The notes beneath the pieces were generated by a model, which saw only the letters and a program-made list of their open reading frames with translations, searched no databases and had not been told where the DNA came from. From positions 1 through 53,151 of the forward strand of contig NZ_JBJEHW010000093.1 in NCBI RefSeq assembly GCF_051876455.1: a stretch of DNA of 53,151 nucleotides, in the 5' to 3' direction. Of this stretch, positions 27,695-38,055 are shown piece by piece. The DNA is from Parafannyhessea sp. GTDB lineage: Bacteria > Actinomycetota > Coriobacteriia > Coriobacteriales > Atopobiaceae. Every line of letters starts with the position of its first letter. The stretch's first letter is position 1. The translations under genes were made by a program, and so were the position numbers.

Positions 27695-28159
27695 ATGGCA
27701 CGCAGGGCTGAGGACGAACATCGCGAGGACGGGGTCACCCCCGAGCTCGACCAGCTTTCCAGCACCCTGATGGGCGACGCGTTTGACCTGCTCGCGGCTG
27801 GCAAGGACGTGGACGTGCTGCTGGTGGTGGAGGACGCCGGCGGCAGCGCGGCCTCGTACGCGTTTTCCGACGACGGCATGGAGGAGTGCCTTGCCGGGGC
27901 ACACGCAAAGGTGCGCGACCTCAGGCACGCGCACGGCGACCCCGAGGTGGGCCTCGGTGAGCCCGTACGCTACGCGATAACGTACGAGGGTGCCGTGGCC
28001 GACGAGTCGGGCGCCTACCAGGATGCCGTGCTCCTGGAGTTTGGCGAGAAGGGCTACAAGTCCTACTCCGCATACTCCTACGTGAAGGGCAGAGGCGAGG
28101 GTGACGGCTTCGCATGGACGGAGCCCGCGCCCGCCGGCGAGGTGGAGCCGCTGCTGTAG
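27695..28159 (+). CDS. Hypothetical acidic protein
   Basis: Genome-typical codon use, purine-rich SD, co-oriented with upstream gene. Confidence 0.75.
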   Translation: MARRAEDEHREDGVTPELDQLSSTLMGDAFDLLAAGKDVDVLLVVEDAGGSAASYAFSDDGMEECLAGAHAKVRDLRHAHGDPEVGLGEPVRYAITYEGAVADESGAYQDAVLLEFGEKGYKSYSAYSYVKGRGEGDGFAWTEPAPAGEVEPLL

Positions 28160-28334
28160 GCGGCACGTTCTTCTCGCCCGGCGCAGACAGGCGAAGGCAG
28201 GGGAGAAGGACGACGCATCCCAGTTGCAAGCGATGCGGTAGCAGTTTAGATGGAAAGCCAAAACGCAGACGATGCGCCTCGCGGCGCTGTTATAGAGTCA
28301 TGCGGGTACCAGGCGATAGACAGAAGAGGTAGAC

Positions 28335-30173
28335 ATGCTCCAGGAGCACATCAGGAACATTGCAATCATAGCGCACGTCGACCACGGCAAGACGACGCTC
28401 GTCGACCAGATGCTCAAGGCGACGCACGCCTTCAGGGAGAACCAGCAGGTGCAGGAGCGCGTGCTTGACTCCAACGACCAGGAGCGCGAGCGCGGCATCA
28501 CGATCCTTGCGAAGAACATCTCGATCGAGTACCGCGGCGTGAAGATCAACGTGATCGACACCCCGGGCCACGCGGACTTTGGCGGCGAGGTCGAGCGCGT
28601 CCTGAAGATGGCGGACGGCGCCGTCCTGCTGGTTGACGCCGCCGAGGGCCCCATGCCCCAGACGCGCTTTGTGCTTTCCCACGCCATCGCGGCGAACCTG
28701 CAGATCATGATCTGCATCAACAAGATCGACCGCGAGGGCGCCAACCCCGAGAAGGCCCTGAACGACTGCCTCGACCTGATGATGGACCTGGGCGCCGACG
28801 ACGACCAGCTCGAGTTCGCGATGGAGCACGTGGTGTACGCCTCCGCCGTGAACGGCTACGCGCGCCTGGACCCCAACGACGGCAACATGGACATGTACCC
28901 GCTGCTCGACATGATCGTGGACGCGCTGCCCGCGCCGGACGTGGACGTGGACGGTCCCCTCGCCATGCAGTGCGTGACCGTGGACCACTCCGACTACGTG
29001 GGCCGCATCGGCATCGGCCGCATCTACAGCGGCACCATCCACGACGGCGACAAGATCCTGGTGGTGAAGAACGACGGCTCCCGCACGATGAGCCAGGTCA
29101 AGCAGCTCTTCACGTTTGACTACCTGGGCCGCAAGGAGTGCAGCGAGGCCGAGGCCGGCGACATTGCGGCCGTGGTGGGCCTTGACTCCACCGACATCGG
29201 CGACGTGTACACCGACCCCGATAACCCCGTCGAGCTTGACCCGATCGAGATTGACCCGCCGACCCTCTCCATCATCTTCGAGGCGAGCACGAGCCCGCTC
29301 GTGGGTCGCGAGGGCGACATCGTGGGCGGCCGCCAGCTGAAGGAGCGCCTGGAGCAGGAGCGCGAGAACAACGTGACCATGCGCATCGAGGAGACGCCGG
29401 ACAAGACCGGCGTGGAGGTTGCCGGCCGAGGCATCCTGCACCTCTCCGTCCTGATGGAGCAGATGCGCCGCGAGGGCTTCGAGTTCCAGGTCGGCCGCCC
29501 CAAGGTCCTGTTCAAGAAGGACGAGAACGGCAACAAGCTCGAGCCGATCGAGGAGGCCGTCGTCGAGTGTCCCAACGACTACTCCGGCAAGGTGATCGAG
29601 GTCTTTGGAAACGCCGGCGGCACCATGAGCAACATGAGCGCAGGCATCCAGCAGACCCACCTGGAGTTCCGCATCCCCACGCGCGGCATCATGGGCCTCA
29701 AGACCCGCATCATGAACGTGACCCACGGCGAGGCCGTGTTCTATCACAACTTCCTGGAGTACGGCCCGTTTGCCGGCGAGATCGGCGGCCGCCAGAACGG
29801 CGCCATGATCTCCATGTCGACCGAGAAGGCCGTAGCCTACGCGTTGGGCACCCTGCAGGACCGCGGCCAGCTCTTTGTTGGCCCCGGCGACGAGTGCTAC
29901 GAGGGCATGCTCGTGGGCGAGCGCTCCAAGCCCGGTGACATGGTGGTCAACGTGGCCCGCACCAAGCAGCTGGGCAACCAGCGCAGCTCCACGGCAGACA
30001 TCGCCGTGCAGCTGACCCCGCCGCGTCGCTTCACCCTCGAGGAGGCGCTGGAGTACATCATGGACGACGAGCTGGTCGAGGTCACGCCCAAGAGCATCCG
30101 CATGCGCAAGCGCATCCTGTCCGAGACCGAGCGCCGCAAGTGGCGCGTCAAGAACGGCCTCGTCAACAAGTAG
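28335..30173 (+). CDS. typA: Translational GTPase TypA/BipA
   Basis: AHVDHGKTT, ERERGITIL, DTPGHADFGGEVER, GRGILHL, DDELVEVTPKSIR. Confidence 0.97.
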   Translation: MLQEHIRNIAIIAHVDHGKTTLVDQMLKATHAFRENQQVQERVLDSNDQERERGITILAKNISIEYRGVKINVIDTPGHADFGGEVERVLKMADGAVLLVDAAEGPMPQTRFVLSHAIAANLQIMICINKIDREGANPEKALNDCLDLMMDLGADDDQLEFAMEHVVYASAVNGYARLDPNDGNMDMYPLLDMIVDALPAPDVDVDGPLAMQCVTVDHSDYVGRIGIGRIYSGTIHDGDKILVVKNDGSRTMSQVKQLFTFDYLGRKECSEAEAGDIAAVVGLDSTDIGDVYTDPDNPVELDPIEIDPPTLSIIFEASTSPLVGREGDIVGGRQLKERLEQERENNVTMRIEETPDKTGVEVAGRGILHLSVLMEQMRREGFEFQVGRPKVLFKKDENGNKLEPIEEAVVECPNDYSGKVIEVFGNAGGTMSNMSAGIQQTHLEFRIPTRGIMGLKTRIMNVTHGEAVFYHNFLEYGPFAGEIGGRQNGAMISMSTEKAVAYALGTLQDRGQLFVGPGDECYEGMLVGERSKPGDMVVNVARTKQLGNQRSSTADIAVQLTPPRRFTLEEALEYIMDDELVEVTPKSIRMRKRILSETERRKWRVKNGLVNK

Positions 30174-30207
30174 CCTGCGACGGCAGACAAGCCGCAGTTA
30201 AGGAGGA

Positions 30208-30245
30208 GCCGGCGAGAAGGATGCGAAGTTCTTCTCGCCGGCTTT
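30208..30245. terminator. Hairpin after typA made of an inverted pair of the GCGAGAAG motif
   Basis: GCCGGCGAGAAG-gatgcgaagtt-CTTCTCGCCGGC then TTT. Confidence 0.75.
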
Positions 30246-30316
30246 GCGTTGCACGCAGCTTTGGGATGGCCGGGGCCGTGGTGCTGAGGGCCGTGAGACC
30301 GAGGGCCGTCTTGCGG

Positions 30317-31294
30317 CTAGCTTTGGCTGGAGTCCGTATCAGGTGAGTCCGAACTGGGACCGGCGTCCGTATCCGCATCGGGCGATCCCAGGTCCACGTC
30401 GTCCTCCACGATGATCCTGTCGATCACGGGGCTGCCGTCCTGGTCGTCATCCGCGCTGCCAGCGTTGCCGTTGGCGTTGCCAGGGCGCGCGCCGTCCTGG
30501 GAGTCCTCGCGTTTCTCGAACGTGACCTGGTAGTTGCCTGACTTGCCAAGGCGCTGCAGGATGCGCTTGGAGCTTTCGACCCCGTCCTCCTTTGCCATGT
30601 GGTAGATGACCTTGACGCGCCGCGTGACGGCCGGCGCGAGGTTGACGTTGGCGGGGGAGAGGATGTTGAACCTGAGCGAGACGCGCCTGGTCAGGACGAC
30701 CACCGCCACGCAGATGGCCGCGGCCCACTGGCTCGTCACGTCGAGGTGGAAGACGAGGATGTGGTAGCTCAGGGCCCCGGCAACCGCGCACAGCGCGTAG
30801 AAGTTGCTGCGTTGGAAGATGCGGGGCGTGTCTCCCAGGAAGATGTCTCGCAGCATGCCGCCGCCCACGCCCGTCACCGTGCCGAGGAGCACCACCGCCC
30901 AGGCGTTGAGCCCGTAGACGATCGCCTTGTCGGTACCTGCCGCGACGAAGAGCCCGACGGATATGATGTCGACCCACTCGAGCAGGTGGGGGAAGCGCTT
31001 GAGGGCGTTGGGGAAGAGAAACCCAAGGAAGCCGACCGCGACCGTCATCGGGATGGCGTAGGGCGACTTTGCCATGTAGACGTCGTTGTGCTGGATGATG
31101 ATGTCGCGGATGAGGCCGCCGCCCAGCCCGCCGACCATGGCGAGGACGATGTATCCCACGAGGTCGAGCTTGCGCTCGCGCGCGACGAGGATGCCGGACA
31201 CGGAGCCGACGGCCACGGCGGAGGCGTCGAGCCAGGCGGGGATCGCGACGGCGGTCACGTCGGGGCCGGTGGCGGATATGAGGGAAGGGAGCAC
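30317..31294 (-). CDS. Trimeric intracellular cation channel (TRIC/UPF0126) family membrane protein
   Basis: Duplicated GLGGGLIRD / GVGGGMLRD motifs, multiple TM; GTG 31294 with SD AGGAG. Confidence 0.88.
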   Translation of the reverse strand: MLPSLISATGPDVTAVAIPAWLDASAVAVGSVSGILVARERKLDLVGYIVLAMVGGLGGGLIRDIIIQHNDVYMAKSPYAIPMTVAVGFLGFLFPNALKRFPHLLEWVDIISVGLFVAAGTDKAIVYGLNAWAVVLLGTVTGVGGGMLRDIFLGDTPRIFQRSNFYALCAVAGALSYHILVFHLDVTSQWAAAICVAVVVLTRRVSLRFNILSPANVNLAPAVTRRVKVIYHMAKEDGVESSKRILQRLGKSGNYQVTFEKREDSQDGARPGNANGNAGSADDDQDGSPVIDRIIVEDDVDLGSPDADTDAGPSSDSPDTDSSQS

Positions 31295-31415
31295 GTTCTT
31301 CTCCTCTGGACAAAGGTTCGTGACATGGGTCGGACTCTGAATATAGGCGTTGCGGATTGACACGTCCGCCCGCGAAGTGAAGAATGGGGCGAAATCCCAG
31401 ACGATTGGAGTAGCC

Positions 31416-31718
31416 GTGGTTACCACCCAGATGTTGACGATAGGCTCAGGCAAGGCAGAGGGCATGATCTTTGGCGAGCTTGGGGGAGAAGGACATGCAT
31501 CCCTCATCGCGATCAGGTGCCAGCGCGGCTACCTGATGTGCGGCTACCTGAGCCTCGAGAAGGCCGAGGCGCTGGGCGACGCAGCGGTGCGCGTTGCGGG
31601 CGGAAGCTTTGAGGACGTGCTGGCCAACAAGATAACCGGCATGACGCCCCAGGCGGCCGAGCTCGGCGTCACGGCGGACATGACCGGCGCCCAGGCGGCC
31701 GAGGTCCTCAACCGCTAG
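31416..31718 (+). CDS. YunC/DUF1805 family protein
   Basis: GYLMCGYL, AAVRVAG..EDVL, AAELGVTADMTGAQA; GTG 31416 with SD GGAG. Confidence 0.8.
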   Translation: MVTTQMLTIGSGKAEGMIFGELGGEGHASLIAIRCQRGYLMCGYLSLEKAEALGDAAVRVAGGSFEDVLANKITGMTPQAAELGVTADMTGAQAAEVLNR

Positions 31719-31806
31719 CCGGTTTGGGCAAGATTCCGCCTTTTGAAGAAATAATGGTAGTAGCCACGCGGCGCAAAGTAATGTATACTTACGTCCGCGG
31801 TTTTGA

Positions 31807-31897
31807 GGAGAGTTGTCCGAGTGGCCGAAGGAGCACGATTGGAAATCGTGTATACGCCTAAAGCGTATCCTGGGTTCAAATCCCAGACTCTCCGCCA
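31807..31897 (+). tRNA. tRNA-Ser(GGA)
   Basis: GGAGAGT/ACTCTCC acceptor, CACGA-TTGGAAA-TCGTG anticodon arm, long variable arm, TTCAAAT loop, GCCA end. Confidence 0.97.
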
Positions 31898-31949
31898 GAA
31901 TACTTGCGTGGCGCCTTCGGGCGCCACTTTTAAATAGCCAATACCCCAC

Positions 31950-32040
31950 GGAGGGGTGGCAGAGTGGTTGAATGCGGCGGTCTCGAAAACCGTTTACCCG
32001 CCTTGCGGGTACGAGGGTTCGAATCCCTCCTCCTCCGCCA
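31950..32040 (+). tRNA. tRNA-Ser(CGA)
   Basis: GGAGGGG/CTCCTCC acceptor, GCGGT-CTCGAAA-ACCGT anticodon arm, long variable arm, TTCGAAT loop, GCCA end. Confidence 0.97.
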
Positions 32041-32051
32041 TTTGAGCTGAT

Positions 32052-32084
32052 GCGGGCAGGACCTAGGGTCCTGCCCGTTTTTTT
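32052..32084 (+). terminator. Intrinsic terminator after tRNAs
   Basis: GCGGGCAGGACC-tag-GGTCCTGCCCGT followed by a T run. Confidence 0.88.
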
Positions 32085-32245
32085 GTTGCGCGGCGGGCGC
32101 GGCTGGGACCAATCGACTCTAATCCCACCGCATCTTGCGGCGGGCTTTACTTTAGAGTGGACATACAAGATACTTTCCCAACGAATGCAGGGCGCGAGGC
32201 CCGCAGGGTTGGACGCGCCGCAAGGCATCCAGAAGGAGCGTGCGC

Positions 32246-33148
32246 ATGAGCGACAAACGAGACGCCTACTACTCGAGGTCGTGGAAGCTTCTCTCGCATG
32301 ACAAAGGCTGGTGGAAGGTTCTCCTCGTGATGGGCATCGCGGACTTCGTGCCCGTGGCCGGTGCCCTGGGCACCTTTGGGTACCGCCTGGAGTGGGCGCG
32401 CCTCACGGCATGGGGCGTGGACTCCTATCCCAAGCAGAAGAACGTCCGCGTGGGCGAGTGCATCAAGAGCGGCTGGCGCGGCTTTGTAGGGTTCCTGGGC
32501 TGGGCCGTGGTCTGGGCCATCGTCTACGGCGGTATCAACAGGCTGGCGAACGGCAACGACACGGTGAGGCTCCTGCTGGACATCGCCACGCTCTTCGTGG
32601 GTGTGCTCTACCTGGTCGTGGCGCTCCGTGCGACGGTCTACCAGAACTTCAAGGCGGCCTATCAGGTCAACAGGGTCTGGGACATGGTCAAGGCCGACTT
32701 TGGTGGCTTTGCCAAGATCGTGGGCATCGGGTTCCTGATTGGGCTCATCTTCGGCGTGATCCTCTTCGTGCTCGGCCTCGCAATCTTCATGCCCGTCCTC
32801 GTCAACCTCTTCTTCGGCATCGGGGGAATGACGTCGTCCAGCGACCTGATTGTCAGGATGCCCGAGATTCTCTCCGCGCTCAGCGGCGTGTTCCCGGCCA
32901 TCGCGCTCCTGTGCTACGCGGCAAGCCTCGCGAAGAACTTCGAGGAGCTCATCGTCACGACGGCGGTCGGCCTGTGGATGCGCAACTTCGACGTCCCGCA
33001 CTGGGGCGCGAGCAAGGACCCGCTTCCCGCCACTGCGGCGCTGCCCGAGCCCACCAAGCCCCAGGACCCCACGCAGCCTCCCGCCGATGGGCCTGCCACG
33101 ACGCCCCAGCCTGGCCCCGACGGATCGGACGGCCCCACGATTCTGTAG
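32246..33148 (+). CDS. DUF4013-like multi-pass membrane protein
   Basis: WKVLLVMG..FVPVAG..FGY pattern, several TM segments, Pro-rich tail; SD AAGGAG. Confidence 0.7.
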   Translation: MSDKRDAYYSRSWKLLSHDKGWWKVLLVMGIADFVPVAGALGTFGYRLEWARLTAWGVDSYPKQKNVRVGECIKSGWRGFVGFLGWAVVWAIVYGGINRLANGNDTVRLLLDIATLFVGVLYLVVALRATVYQNFKAAYQVNRVWDMVKADFGGFAKIVGIGFLIGLIFGVILFVLGLAIFMPVLVNLFFGIGGMTSSSDLIVRMPEILSALSGVFPAIALLCYAASLAKNFEELIVTTAVGLWMRNFDVPHWGASKDPLPATAALPEPTKPQDPTQPPADGPATTPQPGPDGSDGPTIL

Positions 33149-33388
33149 AGTCGGTGGACGCCCCGTGGCCCATCAGGGCCAAGGGCGAGAAGAACAACCC
33201 ATGTACGTGCGACGACGTGTCCCCAGCCAGCTATCCGCAGACTGGGGACATCCATATGCAAGCCGGCTTTGCTAGCGTCGCGTGAAAGAGGCGTGGGGCT
33301 GATGCGACGTGTGGGGAACGTATGGTGAGTCTGGGAATGTCGGCGTCTTGGGATGGGTGAGAAGTTCGTGTGTTACGATTGCAAATCG

Positions 33389-33451
33389 ACCTTTCCTGCT
33401 CCGGATGATACCTTCACAAACCGGAGCCGTTAGCCCAGAGGAGGTGACCAC
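33389..33451 (+). ncRNA. rpsF leader (S6:S18-binding RNA)
   Basis: GCTCCGG/CCGGAGC inner stem, CCG at the junction, CTTTCCT able to pair with SD AGGAGG; -10-like TACGAT at 33374. Confidence 0.65.
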
Positions 33452-33745
33452 ATGAAGGCTTATGAACTGCTGTATTTTGTCGATCCCGCGGCCACTGAGG
33501 AGGCTCGCGCCGGCGTCTCCAAGCGTATTGACGTCGCTGTCACCGAGAACGGCGGCACCATCGACAACGTCGAGGACTGGGGCAAGCGCAAGCTCGCCTT
33601 TGAGATCGACAAGCTCACCGAGGGTGACTACATCCTCGTCGACTTCCACGCAGACCCCGCTCAGATCGCCGAGCTCGATCGCGTTCTCCGCATCAACGAT
33701 ACGGTGAAGCGTCACATGATCGTCCGTCGCACCGACAGGGACTAG
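33452..33745 (+). CDS. rpsF: 30S ribosomal protein S6
   Basis: MKAYEL, WGKRKLAFEI, LRINDTVKRHMI. Confidence 0.97.
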   Translation: MKAYELLYFVDPAATEEARAGVSKRIDVAVTENGGTIDNVEDWGKRKLAFEIDKLTEGDYILVDFHADPAQIAELDRVLRINDTVKRHMIVRRTDRD

Positions 33746-33793
33746 TTAGGAAGTGCGGGCGCCTGCGCCCGCGGATGAGAGGCGTGAGCAAGC

Positions 33794-34270
33794 ATGAGCA
33801 TCAACAGGGTGAACATTTCCGGCAACCTCACTCGTGACCCGGAGCTGCGTTCGACCTCCGGTGGCACCCAGGTCCTTACCTTTGGCGTCGCCGTGAACGA
33901 CCGTCGTCGCAACCCCCAGTCCGGCGAGTGGGAGGACGTCCCCAACTACATCGATTGCGTCGTGTTCGGCAACCGTGCCGAGCCGCTCAGCCGTTTCCTC
34001 TCCAAGGGTACGAAGGTTGCCATCGAGGGCAAGCTTCGCTGGAGCTCCTGGGAGCGCGACGGTCAGAAGCGCAGCAAGATCGAGGTCATCGTGGACGAGG
34101 TCGAGTTCTTCTCGCCCAGGAACCAGGGACAGCAGGGTGGTGGCCAGCAGGGCAATGGTGGCTACCAGAGCTATTCCGCACCCGCGCCCGCGCGCGCTCC
34201 ACAGCCCTCGCGTCCTCCCGTTCAGACGCCGCCCTCGGCTGACGTCTACGACGAGGACATCCCGTTCTAG
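33794..34270 (+). CDS. ssb: Single-stranded DNA-binding protein
   Basis: [22 protein letters not shown]-terminal DEDIPF. Confidence 0.98.
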   Translation: MSINRVNISGNLTRDPELRSTSGGTQVLTFGVAVNDRRRNPQSGEWEDVPNYIDCVVFGNRAEPLSRFLSKGTKVAIEGKLRWSSWERDGQKRSKIEVIVDEVEFFSPRNQGQQGGGQQGNGGYQSYSAPAPARAPQPSRPPVQTPPSADVYDEDIPF

Positions 34271-34323
34271 ATTTTTTGATGGCGGTCACCTTCGGGCGGC
34301 CGTCGAACGAAAGGCAAATAGAC

Positions 34324-34596
34324 ATGGCTAAGCAAAGGCAAGTTGAACAGCGCCAGCCGCGTCGCAAGTATTGCCAGTTCTGCAAGGAGGGTGTCGAGTT
34401 CATCGACTACAAGGACACCCAGCTCCTTCGCAAGTACATGACTGACCGCGGCAAGATCAAGCCGCGTCGTGTCACTGGCGCCTGCACGCAGCATCAGCAC
34501 GACATCGCGGTCGCCATCAAGCGCGCCCGCGAGATGGCTCTCCTGCCGTACACCGTCACCGTGGTTTCCAGCCGCGGCGGCCGCAATCGCGGCTAG
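34324..34596 (+). CDS. rpsR: 30S ribosomal protein S18 (Cys-containing form)
   Basis: [36 protein letters not shown]. Confidence 0.97.
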   Translation: MAKQRQVEQRQPRRKYCQFCKEGVEFIDYKDTQLLRKYMTDRGKIKPRRVTGACTQHQHDIAVAIKRAREMALLPYTVTVVSSRGGRNRG

Positions 34597-34624
34597 TTGA
34601 GCCTGTGAGAAGGACGTAGCATCC

Positions 34625-35650
34625 TTGGCTGACACTTCTGAAAACGACCGCCCGCCCGTTCCCGGCAGCGTTGGGAGCGACGAGGGCGTACGGGAAGTGA
34701 CGAAGGGCCCAAAGGCCGTCCAGGGGGCCCTCTTCTGGACGATGCTGGGCGGGGCCTGCATGTTCGCGGGCGTTGAGCTCGCGAGCATCATCGCGGCCTA
34801 CGGGATCGGCCTCTCGCTCCAAGGCGGGAGGGGGTCCAGGCGCTCATCGTTCGTGGTGTGCTGCCTGTCCGCCGTTCTCGTGTGCGTGCTTGCGGGTCCC
34901 GAGCAGATTCCCTACGCGCTCGTGGGGTGTCTGGCGGCATTCTCCTTCTCCGGAGACGGGTCGGAGGCGGAGGTCTCGACGGGGGTCAAGTGCCTTGCCG
35001 TCCTGGTCCTTGCGGTCCTGGGCGCTGGGATAGACGCGACGTACGCCTATCTCAACGGCACGAACCTGCCCGCCGTGATAGACCAGGCCGTGAGGACCTA
35101 CGCCAAGGTTGCGAGCCAGTCCACCAGTGCCGACATGAGCGACCAGATCGCGACGGTCCGCGCACTGGCCAAGGTCTACTGGCCGATGGCGTTCGTCAGC
35201 AACGCCATCGTGCAGGCACTCTGCGCCCATGTGGGTGGTGTGCTTGCGGCTCGGAAGCGGAACGCCCGGACCTCCCGGACGTTTTGCGAGTTCGACGCGC
35301 CGGTGTGGGTTGCCATCGTCTTCGTGGCGGGTGTGGTCCTGAGCCTAGCGGGGCCGTACGTGCCGACCTGGTCCTCCCAGGTGAAGATGGTGGGAGAGAA
35401 CGTGCTCAACACCGCCAGGATCGCCCTGGGGCTCCAGGGTCTGGCGGTCGCCCTGTGGTACGCGAGGAAGGCGGGCCTTGGCCCCCTGACACGTGCGCTG
35501 CTGGTGATGGTCGCGTTCTACCTCGAGGCGTCCTTCTTGATAGTGAGCGTTCTGGGTCTTGTGGACATATTCGTGGCAAACTTCCGCGGGCTTCCTCGCG
35601 GGAAGGCGAAGTCCCAGCAGGGCCCAACAGAGAGTAAGGAGTCGGCGTAA
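34625..35650 (+). CDS. YybS/DUF2232 family membrane protein
   Basis: Multi-TM, LQGLAV and LGLVDIF..NFR C-terminal pattern; position between rpsR and rplI. Confidence 0.75.
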   Translation: MADTSENDRPPVPGSVGSDEGVREVTKGPKAVQGALFWTMLGGACMFAGVELASIIAAYGIGLSLQGGRGSRRSSFVVCCLSAVLVCVLAGPEQIPYALVGCLAAFSFSGDGSEAEVSTGVKCLAVLVLAVLGAGIDATYAYLNGTNLPAVIDQAVRTYAKVASQSTSADMSDQIATVRALAKVYWPMAFVSNAIVQALCAHVGGVLAARKRNARTSRTFCEFDAPVWVAIVFVAGVVLSLAGPYVPTWSSQVKMVGENVLNTARIALGLQGLAVALWYARKAGLGPLTRALLVMVAFYLEASFLIVSVLGLVDIFVANFRGLPRGKAKSQQGPTESKESA

Positions 35651-35673
35651 GCCGACCAACAAAAGGAGTTCCC

Positions 35674-36204
35674 ATGAAAGTCATCCTTCTGGGTGAGCTC
35701 AGGGGCAAGGGCGGCGAGGGCGACATCGTAGAGGTCGCTCAGGGCTATGCGGAGAACTATCTGTTCCCCCAGAGGATCGCTCAGCCTGCCACCCCGGGCA
35801 ACATCAAGCAGCTTGAGGAGCGCCGCCACAACATCGAGAAGCGCGAGGAGAAGCGCATCGCCGATGCCAACGCGACGAAGGCAAAGCTCGACGGCCAGTC
35901 CGTCACCATCGACGCCAAGGTGGGCGAGAACGACCAGCTCTTTGGTGCCGTTACCGCCGCTCAGATCGCGGACGCGATCAAGGACCAGCTCGGCGTCGAG
36001 GTCGACCGCAAGCGCATTTCCACCGGTGGCGCCATCAAGACCGCCGGCTCGCACGTGGTTGACGTCAACTTCTACCGCGAGATCAGCTCGAAGGTCACCG
36101 TCCTCGTTGGCGTGACCGCCGAGGCCGAGGCGGAGGAGGAGCCTGCCGAGGAGGCCGCAGAGGCCGAGTCCGAGCAGCCCGCCGCCGAGGAGTCTGCCGA
36201 GTAG
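35674..36204 (+). CDS. rplI: 50S ribosomal protein L9
   Basis: MKVILL..GDIVEVAQGYAENYLFP, QLFGAVT; acidic tail. Confidence 0.97.
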   Translation: MKVILLGELRGKGGEGDIVEVAQGYAENYLFPQRIAQPATPGNIKQLEERRHNIEKREEKRIADANATKAKLDGQSVTIDAKVGENDQLFGAVTAAQIADAIKDQLGVEVDRKRISTGGAIKTAGSHVVDVNFYREISSKVTVLVGVTAEAEAEEEPAEEAAEAESEQPAAEESAE

Positions 36205-36242
36205 CGTCAGACCCTTGCGAAAGGCGTGGCCCTGAGCTGGGA

Positions 36243-36556
36243 TTTTCAACAGGAATTGCAGGTAGGGGCCACAGTCTGCCAAAGGATTGGCAACTTGTGC
36301 AAAGAGCACGGGTCACTCGAACAGACTTTCGTTCGGGTGGCCCGCGCTTTGCGTTTGGGACCGACACTCAATCTACCTGCGGAAACGCAACGTTTCCGCT
36401 GTTAGATGGGCTATTCTTGAAAGGCCGCTGAGCTTACGTCCGCAAGGCGTCTCGTGGAGCCAAGATGTTGAAAACTCGCCTTCCAACATTTTTCCAAAAT
36501 TGTTGAAAAGTGAGAAAAGCCAAGAAATGCCCGCTTAGGGCGTCCCGGTATCAACA
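36243..36556. promoter_or_regulatory. DnaA-box-like cluster upstream of dnaB
   Basis: TTTTCAACA 36243-36251, TGTTGAAAA 36466-36474 and 36501-36509, CTTCCAACA 36480-36488, GTATCAACA 36548-36556. Confidence 0.65.
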
Positions 36557-36660
36557 AAACGGCGTTCATAGTGCGTGGCGGCTCTTACGCGGGGTTGACA
36601 AAGACATGACGGCGCGCTTAGGCACGAAGGTGCCGAAGGCGCGAGAGGAACGGAAGAAGC

Positions 36661-38055
36661 ATGGCCGAGAGTACGTACGATAGCTACGCCACGCCAGGTG
36701 GGAACGGCGGGCAGGAGCACGTGATGCCGCAGGACCTCGCGGCGGAGAAGAGCATACTCTCGGCCATGCTGCTTTCCCAGGAGGTCCTGCAGGAGTGCCT
36801 TGTCGCCCTCAACGAGGACGACTTCTACCTCTACTCCCACAAGGCGATCTTCCGCGCGATGAACGAGCTGTTCGACCGTGGCCAGGTCGTGGACCCCGTC
36901 TCGCTCGCGGACCACCTGCGCAGCACGGGCAACCTCGACCGCGTGGGCGGGATGGCCTACATCCTCGACCTCAACACCAACTCGTTCTCGCTCGCCAGCT
37001 GGCAGCATCACGTCGAGATCCTCCACAGGGACGCGACGCTCCGTGCGATCATCGAGGCGGCCTCCAAGATCACGGCGCTCGCCTTCGACGCGCCGGAGGA
37101 CACGAAGGAGGTCGTGGACTCCGCCGAGAACCTCCTGCTGGGCGTCACTAACCGTGAGATAGGCGACAGCTACTCGACCCTGACCGACGTCATGGGCGAC
37201 CTCTACAACGAGCTGAGCGAGATGAGCCAGAACCCCCAGGGGATGATCGGCGTCTCGACCGGCTACCCCGGGATCGACGCGAGCCTGCAGGGCCTCCGCC
37301 CCGGCCAGATGGTCGTCGTCGGCGCCCGACCCGGCGTGGGCAAGACGTCCTTCGCGCTCAACCTTGCGGTCAACGCCGCGGCCGCGGGCGCGAGCGTCGC
37401 GTTCTTCTCGCTCGAGATGAGCAAGGCGGAGATCGCGCAGCGCCTGCTTTCCGCACAGGCCAAGATCCCGCTCTCCGCCATCCGCGGCGGCAACATCAAG
37501 GACGACCAGTGGCCCACGATCCTGGACGCCACGCGCGACCTGTCGCAGCTCGACATCATGATCGACGACACGCCGGGCACGACGGTGACGGAGATCAGGG
37601 CCAAGGCGCGCCGCATGCTCAAGGACAAGCCCAAGGGCATGGTCATGGTCGACTACCTGCAGCTGCTCTCGCCACCGGCGGGCGGGCACCGCGCTGACAG
37701 CCGCGCAACAGAGGTCTCCGAGATGTCGCGCGGCATCAAGATCATGGCGAAGGACCTCGAGGTCCCCGTGGTGGCGCTATCGCAGCTCAACCGTCAGGTA
37801 ACGGACAGGAAGGGCCAGCGCCCGCAGCTTTCCGACCTGCGCGAGTCCGGCTCCATCGAGCAGGACGCCGACATCGTCATCCTGCTGGACCGCTCCATGA
37901 CCGAGGAGGAGGCCGCGCGCGACGACCGCCCGGACATGAACGTGACGGAGTTCATCATCGCGAAGAACCGTTCCGGCCCGCTCAACATCGTGCCGCTCAT
38001 GTTCCTGCCCGGATCCACCAAGTTCGTGGAGGTCGACACCAGGCACATGGAGTAG
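36661..38055 (+). CDS. dnaB: Replicative DNA helicase
   Basis: GARPGVGKT, FSLEMS, VDYLQL, LSQLNR, DLRESGSIEQDAD, KNRSGP. Confidence 0.98.
   Translation: MAESTYDSYATPGGNGGQEHVMPQDLAAEKSILSAMLLSQEVLQECLVALNEDDFYLYSHKAIFRAMNELFDRGQVVDPVSLADHLRSTGNLDRVGGMAYILDLNTNSFSLASWQHHVEILHRDATLRAIIEAASKITALAFDAPEDTKEVVDSAENLLLGVTNREIGDSYSTLTDVMGDLYNELSEMSQNPQGMIGVSTGYPGIDASLQGLRPGQMVVVGARPGVGKTSFALNLAVNAAAAGASVAFFSLEMSKAEIAQRLLSAQAKIPLSAIRGGNIKDDQWPTILDATRDLSQLDIMIDDTPGTTVTEIRAKARRMLKDKPKGMVMVDYLQLLSPPAGGHRADSRATEVSEMSRGIKIMAKDLEVPVVALSQLNRQVTDRKGQRPQLSDLRESGSIEQDADIVILLDRSMTEEEAARDDRPDMNVTEFIIAKNRSGPLNIVPLMFLPGSTKFVEVDTRHME

Noticed and set aside
31807-32240. tRNA-Ser genes as integration sites
   Set aside because: No integrase or duplicated tRNA 3' end seen
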